A stretch of DNA of 25,967 nucleotides from a virus (taxonomy: Duplodnaviria; Caudoviricetes): positions 1 to 25,967 of the IMG/VR virus record IMGVR_UViG_3300048578_000353; one strand, written 5' to 3'. This document shows positions 9,394-17,667 of this stretch, piece after piece; position 1 is the first letter of the stretch; each line of letters opens with the position of its first letter. A program made the position numbers and the translations under genes. The notes below the pieces were generated by a model. It was not told the DNA's origin and did no database searches. It saw only the letters and a list, made by a program, of their open reading frames with translations.

Positions 9394-10146
9394 TTACGGC
9401 ATCGGGAAATATTCCATCGTCAGCCCGCCGCAAACGCCTGCGGTTGATGTCGCCTTTCCCACCGTCGCAAAAATCCGGGTGTTGGCCGCAACCGCTGAGC
9501 CGGCGAGCGTCATGTTGGACACATCGCCTGCAGTCAGCGTGGTGAGGTCGAACGCATCGACGATCTCGTCCGGATCGGCATCGTCCGTCCCGACATTGAG
9601 AGCCCCGACATCGGGCAGCGTCTCGAAAGAGACTCCGACATTGACCACTACGATCGGAGTCCGGAATGATCCGACATAGTTCTTCGTGGCCGCTGCAGCT
9701 GAGGAACTCAAGGGAACGCTGATCGTCTGGGTGAGCCGGTGCATCGGATCGATCTCTACGAGCACCACGTTGGCCTCGGGCACATCGGTGATTCGTCCAA
9801 TGTAGGAGTTTCCGGCACCCGCGAGAGTCACCGTCGCATCGTCACTGGCGAAGATCGGCCGTCCGATCATCGTCTTCGCCGCTCCAGAGAGGGCGAAGGG
9901 GAATTCGCCTTTCTTGTAGACCACCGCATTTTTGGCCCCATTGGCCCCGGAGGTGTTGTCCACGTGCTCATACGCAATGCCCTGGAACTGATCGCCTGCC
10001 ACCAGGCCGCGAGCGTATCCGGACGCCCGGTCAAGACCGACCAGGGCCGTCTTATAGATCTTGGTTTCCGCCTTGACCGCCAGGCTGCGTTCATCGCCCG
10101 CACCAAGCACTCCCGTAAATTGTCCATCACTTGCTCTTGCTGTCAT
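9394..10146 (-). CDS. Capsid decoration/cement protein (DUF2190-like N-terminus plus extra beta domain)
   Basis: 250 aa; IYK.ALV...GYA...FQGIA...V.V.KKGEF...IGRPIFASDDATVT...YIGRI is a cement-protein pattern; follows capsid; AGAAGGA SD. Confidence 0.7.
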   Translation of the reverse strand: MTARASDGQFTGVLGAGDERSLAVKAETKIYKTALVGLDRASGYARGLVAGDQFQGIAYEHVDNTSGANGAKNAVVYKKGEFPFALSGAAKTMIGRPIFASDDATVTLAGAGNSYIGRITDVPEANVVLVEIDPMHRLTQTISVPLSSSAAAATKNYVGSFRTPIVVVNVGVSFETLPDVGALNVGTDDADPDEIVDAFDLTTLTAGDVSNMTLAGSAVAANTRIFATVGKATSTAGVCGGLTMEYFPMP

Positions 10147-10194
10147 TGTTTAATCCTTCTTTAATTGAGGGTTAATGATCCGTTAAATGCCTCG

Positions 10195-10383
10195 TTACGA
10201 TACCGCTTCCGCATCCGGAACTTCGATCGTGACGGACTCAACCGTTCCATCCGCAAGGCGAATCTTCGCCCGTTCGTCAGTCAAAGGAACCGTCTGACCG
10301 ATGGTGTACATTTTGTCGCCTTCGCGAAGCAGGCCGATCTTGCACTTGTACTCTGTCTTTGTTTTTTTCGTATCTTTCGCCAT
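10195..10383 (-). CDS. Small head-associated protein
   Basis: 62 aa from MAKDTKK (AAAGG SD); K.Y..G..V.L....A..L...G.VE pattern common in small ORFs after capsid genes. Confidence 0.65.
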   Translation of the reverse strand: MAKDTKKTKTEYKCKIGLLREGDKMYTIGQTVPLTDERAKIRLADGTVESVTIEVPDAEAVS

Positions 10384-10425
10384 GGTATTGCCTTTCGTCA
10401 TTAATTGTTTTTGATTTCTAATATA

Positions 10426-10447
10426 GGCCTGGGTGTTCACCCAGGCC
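10426..10447 (-). terminator. Perfect GC-rich hairpin after capsid gene (mRNA stabiliser or weak terminator)
   Basis: GGCCTGGGTG-TT-CACCCAGGCC; no clear U-tract on the minus strand. Confidence 0.45.
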
Positions 10448-10469
10448 CGGAGTTACGCTTCCGTTATGA

Positions 10470-11726
10470 TTACGATTTAAGTTTGAACACGATGTACGCC
10501 CCGACCTTTGTTGCCGTGCCAGGATGGACGACTTGTATGGCCTTGACCTCGTAGCTCTTGATCGCCTGGGTGTGATTGGCGAATCCGAACTCCGACGATC
10601 GTTCGATGACCATCGACGATTTTGTCGCGATGGTTGCGGCGTTTTGCAGTGAGCCAAAGATGAGGAATTTGGACCCTGCGGAGATTTCCGAAATGTCGGG
10701 CATGCACGGCACTTCTTCGACCGGCTTGGTCGCGAGTCTCGGCAGGTCGCCATTTTCCATCTGAATTTGGGCCAGCGGCATCTGATTGCCCGCCGCATCT
10801 TTGACGCCGTAACAGTAGGCGAGCACGGTCGCCTCCCCGTAGAACTTTGCCGTCTTTCTGTGCCGTCGGGGCAACTTGCACATACCGGTCAGAATGTCCA
10901 TGAGCGTAAGGTTCCCAATGCTCGATGCAGAGACTTCGACAACGCCGGCGGCTCCAACGGCATTCATGAGCCCGGTCACACCGAAGTAAGTCGGAGTACC
11001 GTCTCCGACAAATCCGCACTCATCTTCTTTCTCTCCGATGGCCTCGGCGATGGAGGTCGTCATGAGTTCTCCGATGGACACGATGGCAAACTCATCGAGC
11101 TGACGGGTCCATACGGAGAGCGACGCCCAGTTCTGGTAGGATAGATCTTTCAGGCCGAGCAATAGATCCGACGCCTTGATCTCGCCGCCGTCCTGCGGAT
11201 TGTAGACCTTGACGTTTCCTTCCTTCGTTGGAGTCTTGTCGGGAGCCCCGACCGTCTTTCCGCAGTCCCTGCGGAAAGTACCGTAGTCCGCCTCGACCAA
11301 ATCGAGGATCGTCGTCGCAAGCACGACCGGAATCACCACGGCACCGCCGGAACTTGTCGTTCCTGTCCCCATCGCCTTCACGATCTCGATTCCTTGCTTG
11401 TCGAGCCAGGCCTTTGAGACGGGGCTATTGGCATCGCCCATCATCGTCGCCAGGAAATAATGCCCGGCCAGGAGGGCATGATTCTTCGAGGGCAGTTTCC
11501 CTTTGTAAGTGCCCGTATTTTCGAATATGAGCTCTTTCTGGGCCGAGATCACCTTCTCCAACGCCGCAAGTTTATCGCCGGCATTTTTCTCGACCGTCGC
11601 GACCTTCTCCTGGAGCGACTTGACGACGGCGTCTGCTTCGGCGAGTTTCTTTTCCACCTCACCGACGGACTTGGTAATACCCGCGACGTTTTCTCCAATC
11701 TGTTTGACAATTTCATTGTCAGCCAT
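10470..11726 (-). CDS. Major capsid protein, HK97 fold
   Basis: 418 aa; N-terminal coiled-coil delta domain, KA|MGTGTTSSGGAVV.P, IGEKED.CGFVGDG...GVTGL, LIFG.L motifs; GGAG SD. Confidence 0.9.
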   Translation of the reverse strand: MADNEIVKQIGENVAGITKSVGEVEKKLAEADAVVKSLQEKVATVEKNAGDKLAALEKVISAQKELIFENTGTYKGKLPSKNHALLAGHYFLATMMGDANSPVSKAWLDKQGIEIVKAMGTGTTSSGGAVVIPVVLATTILDLVEADYGTFRRDCGKTVGAPDKTPTKEGNVKVYNPQDGGEIKASDLLLGLKDLSYQNWASLSVWTRQLDEFAIVSIGELMTTSIAEAIGEKEDECGFVGDGTPTYFGVTGLMNAVGAAGVVEVSASSIGNLTLMDILTGMCKLPRRHRKTAKFYGEATVLAYCYGVKDAAGNQMPLAQIQMENGDLPRLATKPVEEVPCMPDISEISAGSKFLIFGSLQNAATIATKSSMVIERSSEFGFANHTQAIKSYEVKAIQVVHPGTATKVGAYIVFKLKS

Positions 11727-11764
11727 GTTTTTTCTCCATGTAATAGTTTTGATTCGTCCGCTGC

Positions 11765-12580
11765 TTATCGTTTCACCTGAGTCGCCGCCAGCAGCTCCTG
11801 CAGGACCGACTCGCTCGAACCGTTCTCATCGATCGAGGGGTCCGTCGCGGCCCGGTTCGAAAGGGCTCGCGCATAAACACCGTCGGGATCGAGTATCTCA
11901 CTTCGAAAATCATCCAGGGCCTTGACCACGTCGTCTTTCGAGGCCAGCCCCTTGAGGATAGCGACTACTTCGCCAAACTCTTTTCCGAGCACACTCATTG
12001 CGATCGCGTTTTTATTTAGCTCGCTCCGAAGCTGCTTTTCGATCGTTTCTTCGCCGTCAATGGATTTGACGATCGCGTCGATCAGCGTATCGTCGCTGAT
12101 GCCCTTGCCCATCGCTCCGATCAGGGCACCGCGATTGGAGTTCTCGCCTTCGACGGCAATGTGGACCAGTTCCAACTCTGACCAATCCCGAACGAAACCA
12201 CCGTCGGCGTGTCGTCTGTCGACGCTTTTACCAGGAAGCGATTTATGGCTCATTCCCGAAACGAAACGATCCTTAATCAGCGGCTTCCATTCTTTGGCCA
12301 TCTTCGTCGGGGCGTATTCAAATTCGCCATAAGCCCCAAAATCATCTACTCGAATCCGCAGGCACTTGGCGATCTGCGTCGGGCTGCCGTCTGGAGCCAC
12401 CCTGATGTGGCATGGGTACACCACGGGGTTTTTCATGTACTGCGGAATGGATTTATTGAAGGCCGTCGGCTGAATAATCTCCCGATCTCGGTCAATTTCC
12501 TTCGTCGAGAAATATCCGCCGAATCCATGCTCGCCGATTTCCTTGATCACCGCTCCGTCGCTATGAAAGGTTTTGATCAT
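11765..12580 (-). CDS. Prohead maturation protease (HK97/S78-like, divergent)
   Basis: Start reassigned to MIKTF (AAGGA SD); FGGYFST..IDRDREII.P.AF...NPVV..CH and GMS motifs; between portal and capsid. Confidence 0.8.
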   Translation of the reverse strand: MIKTFHSDGAVIKEIGEHGFGGYFSTKEIDRDREIIQPTAFNKSIPQYMKNPVVYPCHIRVAPDGSPTQIAKCLRIRVDDFGAYGEFEYAPTKMAKEWKPLIKDRFVSGMSHKSLPGKSVDRRHADGGFVRDWSELELVHIAVEGENSNRGALIGAMGKGISDDTLIDAIVKSIDGEETIEKQLRSELNKNAIAMSVLGKEFGEVVAILKGLASKDDVVKALDDFRSEILDPDGVYARALSNRAATDPSIDENGSSESVLQELLAATQVKR

Positions 12581-12590
12581 TTTTTGTTCC

Positions 12591-14783
12591 TTATTCCTGA
12601 ACCGACTTTTGAACAAAGTCGCTATAACTTAAAAACTTCACCACGGCATACCGCTCGATCGTCTTTCGCACACTGTTATTTTCCACCACGGGCAGCACGC
12701 AGCAGCGGCAATTGACCACTTCTTCGGCCGCTCCCGCCGGATCGCCCGGATGCATCATTCGGGAATTACCGACCTTGAACGGTTCATTGACCGGGATCGG
12801 GTTTTTCGTGTAGGTCGCATCGGCGATCACATGGCTCTTTCGGACTTCTCCGGACCGGGCCGAGAGCCACGCCTTCTTGGGCACGCCCAGCGTCTGGAAT
12901 CCTTCGAGCCGGCCCTGACTCACCGCACCGGCGGTCTCGGTTCGGGCGATGTTCATGGCCCGCGTTCCGGAGAATATCGGGTTCTTGCGAATGTCCGAAG
13001 CGATCTGGGCGACGGTCTTTCCCTCCGAAATCCCTTTTTCGACGACGTTTTTAACCATCGCCGTAGTATGCATATTGACCTTCTGGAGCTTGGGCCAGCG
13101 ATTTTGCATCGCCTTGATCGAAAGAGGATCGGCCACGCCGAAGATCTTCTCCATCCCGACTTCACTGGCGGCCTGGCTGGCTCCGAAGGCCGCCGATTTG
13201 CCGATCATCGGCTGCACGATCGCCTTGAGCTTGCCATTCTCGTCGTTGACGTCGAAAAGAATCTTGATCACATCGTCTTTGTCCAAGGTCTTGACGATCC
13301 CCTGAGCTTTCAGGCTCTTTTCCATGCCTTCGAGCTTTTGGAGGATCTCCCGCTTCTGGCGGTAGAAATACCGGCCCAGGACATCCGCGAATCGTTTTTC
13401 GATCGGACGCAGGCTTGAGGCCCAGCGTTCCCAGACCGTCGTTTTGAGCACGTCCAGAGATTTTTGAACGATGGATTTTTCCATCTCCTCGTTCTGGATT
13501 TCATCTTCGGTTTTCGTCGTATCGGTTTCCTCGATAACCTCCTCGCCTTCCGGGATCGACGGACCCGGATCGATCGGCTCCTGGATATCGGTTAATCCCA
13601 TGGCCTTGTACCAGGTGTTGCCCCATTTGTATTCCGGAAGGCCCAGGGCAAGCCGACGATTGACATCGTTGAGCGTGGCCCCGAGCGTGCACATCTTGTT
13701 GGCCGTGTCCATGCGTTCCATGATCTCGGCGATCGCCGCCGGGTGGGTGTCGCAGTTGGGCCAGACCCAGTATGTGCCGAAGCGTCGGGCGATCTTACTG
13801 GTGAAGATATCGCCAAGCTTGCCGGCCAGCGGTTTAATCGCGGACCGGAAGTACAGTTTCATCGCCTCACCGAGGTTCGAATATTTGACATCGTTCACCA
13901 GGCCGATCACCGGCGGGGGCGTTTTAAAGGCGATGCAGATCTCTTCCGGGTTCATCCGCTTGAGTTCCTGGAACTGCATATCCATCATCGAAGAGGCGAC
14001 GGCCTGGTATTTCAGGCCGCCGTAGAGGATGGCGATCGACTTGGCCTTGCCCGGTCCCTGGTGCCGGCCCTCGAAGTTCGCATAGATCTGCTCGCATTGT
14101 TTATCATCAAGATCCTGGTCGGTCTGGAGCACACCGCCGGGTTCGGCCCCATTGGTCAGCATCGCATCGTTGTAGATCGAGGCCTTGTAATCCTGGCTGA
14201 CGGCCAGGCATGCGGCCTTGATAGGGGGCAGGCCCCGGAATTTGTTATAGGGGTTCCAGAACTTGATCTGGATCACATCGTACAGACTCAGCACATGCGA
14301 CTGACCCTCATCGTCGGTATACCGCCATCCGAGGAGCTTGCCGCGAGGGGCGATCTCCTGCATCTGGGTCGGACCGACGACGATGATCTGTTTTGGCCGA
14401 AGGCCCTCGGTTTCCGCGATGACCCAGAAGACCTCACCGCCGAGCAGAAGGAAGGAAACCGTTTCTTCCAGAAACTCCGGGCAGGTCATCGTCGCATTGG
14501 GATTCTGCACCAGGTCGTAGAGTTCCCCGAATTCAAGGATCTTGTCCTTGTTTTCCGAGACCACGAGTCCCAGGCTGGAGATCTCCGAAGCGAGCTGCGA
14601 GATGCAGCGGTTGACCCAGACCGATTGTTCATAGGGCCGTGTGACCTTTTCGCCGACACCGTCGGCCATCAGGATCTGGGCGAACTGACTGGGCGTATAG
14701 CTTTTAACGACCGCCGCACCGCCATTGGGCAGGCTCTTGGTGATCGCTTTTTTTCGTGTTGTCTTGCGTTTAGCTTTTGCCAT
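12591..14783 (-). CDS. HK97-family portal protein fused to Mu gpF/SPP1 gp7-like head morphogenesis domain
   Basis: 730 aa; portal motifs (V..CIS.LA..I, NPN..MT..EF, GLPPI, NGA.PGGVL, EEIC.AF..PP), acidic linker, then RA.NIARTET, K.W.S, R.SH, HPGDP...NCRC. Confidence 0.9.
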   Translation of the reverse strand: MAKAKRKTTRKKAITKSLPNGGAAVVKSYTPSQFAQILMADGVGEKVTRPYEQSVWVNRCISQLASEISSLGLVVSENKDKILEFGELYDLVQNPNATMTCPEFLEETVSFLLLGGEVFWVIAETEGLRPKQIIVVGPTQMQEIAPRGKLLGWRYTDDEGQSHVLSLYDVIQIKFWNPYNKFRGLPPIKAACLAVSQDYKASIYNDAMLTNGAEPGGVLQTDQDLDDKQCEQIYANFEGRHQGPGKAKSIAILYGGLKYQAVASSMMDMQFQELKRMNPEEICIAFKTPPPVIGLVNDVKYSNLGEAMKLYFRSAIKPLAGKLGDIFTSKIARRFGTYWVWPNCDTHPAAIAEIMERMDTANKMCTLGATLNDVNRRLALGLPEYKWGNTWYKAMGLTDIQEPIDPGPSIPEGEEVIEETDTTKTEDEIQNEEMEKSIVQKSLDVLKTTVWERWASSLRPIEKRFADVLGRYFYRQKREILQKLEGMEKSLKAQGIVKTLDKDDVIKILFDVNDENGKLKAIVQPMIGKSAAFGASQAASEVGMEKIFGVADPLSIKAMQNRWPKLQKVNMHTTAMVKNVVEKGISEGKTVAQIASDIRKNPIFSGTRAMNIARTETAGAVSQGRLEGFQTLGVPKKAWLSARSGEVRKSHVIADATYTKNPIPVNEPFKVGNSRMMHPGDPAGAAEEVVNCRCCVLPVVENNSVRKTIERYAVVKFLSYSDFVQKSVQE

Positions 14784-14785
14784 GA

Positions 14786-16195
14786 TTAAGCCACTTTCCT
14801 ATTTCTGGGGGACCAGCAGCCGACCCGTTTGGTTTTGGTGCCAGCCGCCTCGCAACACAAGGCCGCTCCCCAGAATCGGTCCGCATGCCCGCCAGGACCA
14901 CGATCGGCCTCAAACCGGATATTGCCGGATTTTGTGACGACCTTCTTGACCGCATGCCAATCGTCGCGGATCGACTTATCGACCGGAATCAGAATGCTTT
15001 GATCTTCCACATGAACGCGGAGTTTGCCGGCCATATCTTCTTTCACAGCCATGCTGAAGGTCACTTCCTCTACCTTCGATTTAAATTTCTTCTTCATCGA
15101 TTCGGCGAGCTGCATGCCCAGGCCCGTGGCATCGATACAGCATCGTCGGACATTGGGCATGGACAGGATCTTAAAGATTCGTTTTTCCTGCTCTGCAAAG
15201 GGCGTTTTAGACAGTTCGATGATGCCTCGGGTCCACATAATGCCGTTAAGGAGTTCGCAGACCCAGATCACCGTCAGGTCATGTTTGCGGCCGATATCGA
15301 TACCGACGAAGAGATCGCCTTCGGCGACGTATTCCATCGGCAGGAACTTCGTCAGATCCGCTCGTTCGCAGGCCTGGATATTTTCATAAGACAGAAACGC
15401 GGTCGCCTCATCCAGGAACTCACAGAGGTATTCCTGCTGCCAGAGCTCTTCGTCATCGATCCCTTCCTTAAGGTCCTCAGCTTTGGCCGGATAGCCGTCG
15501 GCGATCGCATCGTGGATCGTGACCTTGAATACCACGAACTTCGGGTTCGACTGGAGTTTATAGAAAAGATTCTGCATCCCCATCGGGGTCGAGCAGATAA
15601 TCAGCATCCCACCGCCTCGTGTAATGGAGGGGAATACAGCCGCCCAGATCTTGCGGTCCCATTGGTGCATTGCGAATTCATCCAGGTACACATCACCGGT
15701 GAAACCTCTCGCGGTTCGCGGGTTGGCCGGGAGCGTGATGATTCGGGCTCCATTGGGAAGAACCGCCACGCGTTTATTGAGCTTCTGGCGTTTATAGTGA
15801 ATTTCTTCGGATTCGAGTTCCTTCAAGGCCACACCCATGGCCTCTGCGTGCATCCGAACCTTTTCCATGAGTTCGTCGGATTGCGACTGTGAGGCCGACA
15901 GAATAAGCTGATTACGTCCGGTTTCAAGGGCCCTTATAACTGCCTTTAAAGACATGCTGAAGGATTTGCCCGTTTGCCTGGACCAGAGCCAGATCTGGAA
16001 CTGCTTTTCACACATCAGGACCTTTTTCTGGTAGCGGTAAGTCGGAATGATCGGTTTTTCGTTGGCATCGACGAAACTTCCCAGGGGCTTGGGCTGACTC
16101 AGGGCGTCCAGGGAATAGGCCATCGGATTGGATTCTTTTGCCTTTCCAATCCGTTTGGCGTTGGCCTTTCGTTTTGTCGTTGCCTTCCCTGGCAT
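14786..16195 (-). CDS. Terminase large subunit (Mu gp28-like)
   Basis: 469 aa; Walker A WSRQTGKS, LPANPRTARGF, Walker B VYLDEFA, STP.G, nuclease GIDIGRKHDLT and GHADRFW. Confidence 0.95.
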   Translation of the reverse strand: MPGKATTKRKANAKRIGKAKESNPMAYSLDALSQPKPLGSFVDANEKPIIPTYRYQKKVLMCEKQFQIWLWSRQTGKSFSMSLKAVIRALETGRNQLILSASQSQSDELMEKVRMHAEAMGVALKELESEEIHYKRQKLNKRVAVLPNGARIITLPANPRTARGFTGDVYLDEFAMHQWDRKIWAAVFPSITRGGGMLIICSTPMGMQNLFYKLQSNPKFVVFKVTIHDAIADGYPAKAEDLKEGIDDEELWQQEYLCEFLDEATAFLSYENIQACERADLTKFLPMEYVAEGDLFVGIDIGRKHDLTVIWVCELLNGIMWTRGIIELSKTPFAEQEKRIFKILSMPNVRRCCIDATGLGMQLAESMKKKFKSKVEEVTFSMAVKEDMAGKLRVHVEDQSILIPVDKSIRDDWHAVKKVVTKSGNIRFEADRGPGGHADRFWGAALCCEAAGTKTKRVGCWSPRNRKVA

Positions 16196-16200
16196 GGTGT

Positions 16201-16725
16201 TTAAATTCCGTAAATCGTTTTGATCTTCTCGATCGTTTCCTTGGAAAATCCCTTTTCTGTACCCAGTTTTTCCATCGCTTTATCCGCCTGGGCTTTTTTC
16301 TCCCGCCATTCGAGCCGGTATTTTTCCACCGCCGCCTGCGAACGTTGGAGCTGGGCGGCCGCATGGCAGATCGACGCCAGGGCGGATGCCTTGGAATCCT
16401 CGGAATCGAATTCCTCTGCCTTGAGGAACTTGATTACCTGCATCAGACCCATCTGCGTCGCCACGCTGCCGAGTTCCAGATTCGGGTTTTCCGCCACCTG
16501 GGACAGGATCGGCTTGAGCTGCTCGGTCACCAGATTGAGCTCGCGGGCCGCCTCGGCGATGTCCTGGGCATATCGGCCTACGCTCGACTTGCCGATCTCA
16601 TGGCCCTGATCGGTCAGGAACCGGGCGATCTGCTCGTAGGTCTTACCCTTGGCGAGCAATTCATTGACCGCCGCGATCATCGGTTCCGGGAGCTCTAAAA
16701 TTTTCGGATGTTTGCGGTTTGCCAT
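16201..16725 (-). CDS. Terminase small subunit (DUF3486/Mu gp27-like)
   Basis: 174 aa; KI.ELPE.....VNELL..G.TY..I...L...GHEIGKSSVGRY; C-terminal G.S.ETIE.I..IYGI; directly upstream of large terminase. Confidence 0.85.
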   Translation of the reverse strand: MANRKHPKILELPEPMIAAVNELLAKGKTYEQIARFLTDQGHEIGKSSVGRYAQDIAEAARELNLVTEQLKPILSQVAENPNLELGSVATQMGLMQVIKFLKAEEFDSEDSKASALASICHAAAQLQRSQAAVEKYRLEWREKKAQADKAMEKLGTEKGFSKETIEKIKTIYGI

Positions 16726-16838
16726 GTTTGTTGTTTCTAAAATTCGTTTTTTGCCGTCTCTCCGCCTCTGCCTTAAACGATCTGGCTTTTTCTCGATACT
16801 CAGGGCGTCAAAATCGTCCTGGGCTGTTTAAACGCGTT

Positions 16839-17078
16839 TTAAGCCTCTTCCAGCTTTTTGAGCTGTTCTTTCGCCTCGTTGTATTCCTTCAGGGCCGATT
16901 CGAGCTGCCTGGTGTTCTCCCGAACGACTCGGATATCGATCTCTTCGGGCTTGCAGGCATAGGGCATCGCCAGACGAATCGCCGAGGCATAACTGGTGAT
17001 CCGCGTATCGAGCGTGTCGATCGTTTCCTTGAGTTCCTGGATCTGTCCTTTTCGTGCTAAACCTTCTAAGCTTGTCAT
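16839..17078 (-). CDS. Small coiled-coil hypothetical protein
   Basis: 79 aa helical; 4-bp overlap with upstream gene; position equivalent to the small ORFs before Mu gp27. Confidence 0.7.
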   Translation of the reverse strand: MTSLEGLARKGQIQELKETIDTLDTRITSYASAIRLAMPYACKPEEIDIRVVRENTRQLESALKEYNEAKEQLKKLEEA

Positions 17079-17518
17079 TTGTGTAAGATACTCCAGATAG
17101 TAAGGCCGAGGTTCGCCAGCAACGTCGCGGTAGCCAATCCACCGAGCACATACGCCCGCCAGTTTTCCAGCCGAAAGAGCCGTTGCGGCATTTTGTGTTC
17201 GTTCAGCAGGGCGATCCCGGTGTTCAGGTCCGCCAGTTCCTTCGTCGTCGGGACTTTTTGGGCCTTGATGAGGGCAATGTCCGTTTCGAGTTTTGCGATT
17301 TTTTCCTGCTTTTCCTTATCGAGTTTGAAAAGCAGTTCGGTTTTGTCGATGATCATGGTTCGCAGGTCACGCAGCGTCGAATTGATTTCAGCGATCTGAA
17401 CCGGCAGCGATGCTCCAAGCTTGATCATCCCCTCAAGGGCTCGATCGAGCTTGGCCATCATATCATTGTGCATCGAGCACGATTCTTTGGTTTGCGAACC
17501 CTCAGTCGTATCGCTCAT
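17075..17518 (-). CDS. Coiled-coil protein with C-terminal transmembrane helix (holin/XhlA-like)
   Basis: Start MSDTTEG with GAGGGA SD; RL.RLENWRAYVLGGLATATLLANLGLTIWSIL tail. Confidence 0.6.
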   Translation of the reverse strand: MSDTTEGSQTKESCSMHNDMMAKLDRALEGMIKLGASLPVQIAEINSTLRDLRTMIIDKTELLFKLDKEKQEKIAKLETDIALIKAQKVPTTKELADLNTGIALLNEHKMPQRLFRLENWRAYVLGGLATATLLANLGLTIWSILHK

Positions 17519-17613
17519 GATTCCCTCTTCATGTTGACGGCAGCCCACATCCGCACATACTTGCGAATGTCATAAACCGCGTTTGAAATGCCCTTTAAAA
17601 TTGTTTTAGTCAC
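17515..17613 (-). CDS. Possible 32-aa small ORF (not in ORF track)
   Basis: GTG start, MTKTILKGISNAVYDIRKYVRMWAAVNMKRES; stop overlaps next ATG (ATGA); weak SD. Confidence 0.35.
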   Translation of the reverse strand: MTKTILKGISNAVYDIRKYVRMWAAVNMKRES

Positions 17614-17626
17614 GTTTTATTCTCTG

Positions 17627-17657
17627 GCTGAAAGCTGAGAGCTGACCGCTGACAGCT
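17627..17657. repeat. Heptamer tandem array (GCTGAnn)
   Basis: GCTGAAA GCTGAGA GCTGACC GCTGACA GCT. Confidence 0.8.
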
Positions 17658-17667
17658 TCTTTCAAAT

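Noticed and set aside
13743-14789. 348-aa plus-strand ORF (also 14885-15892, 12750-13418, 675-1520)
   Set aside because: Antisense shadows of portal, terminase and fibre genes.
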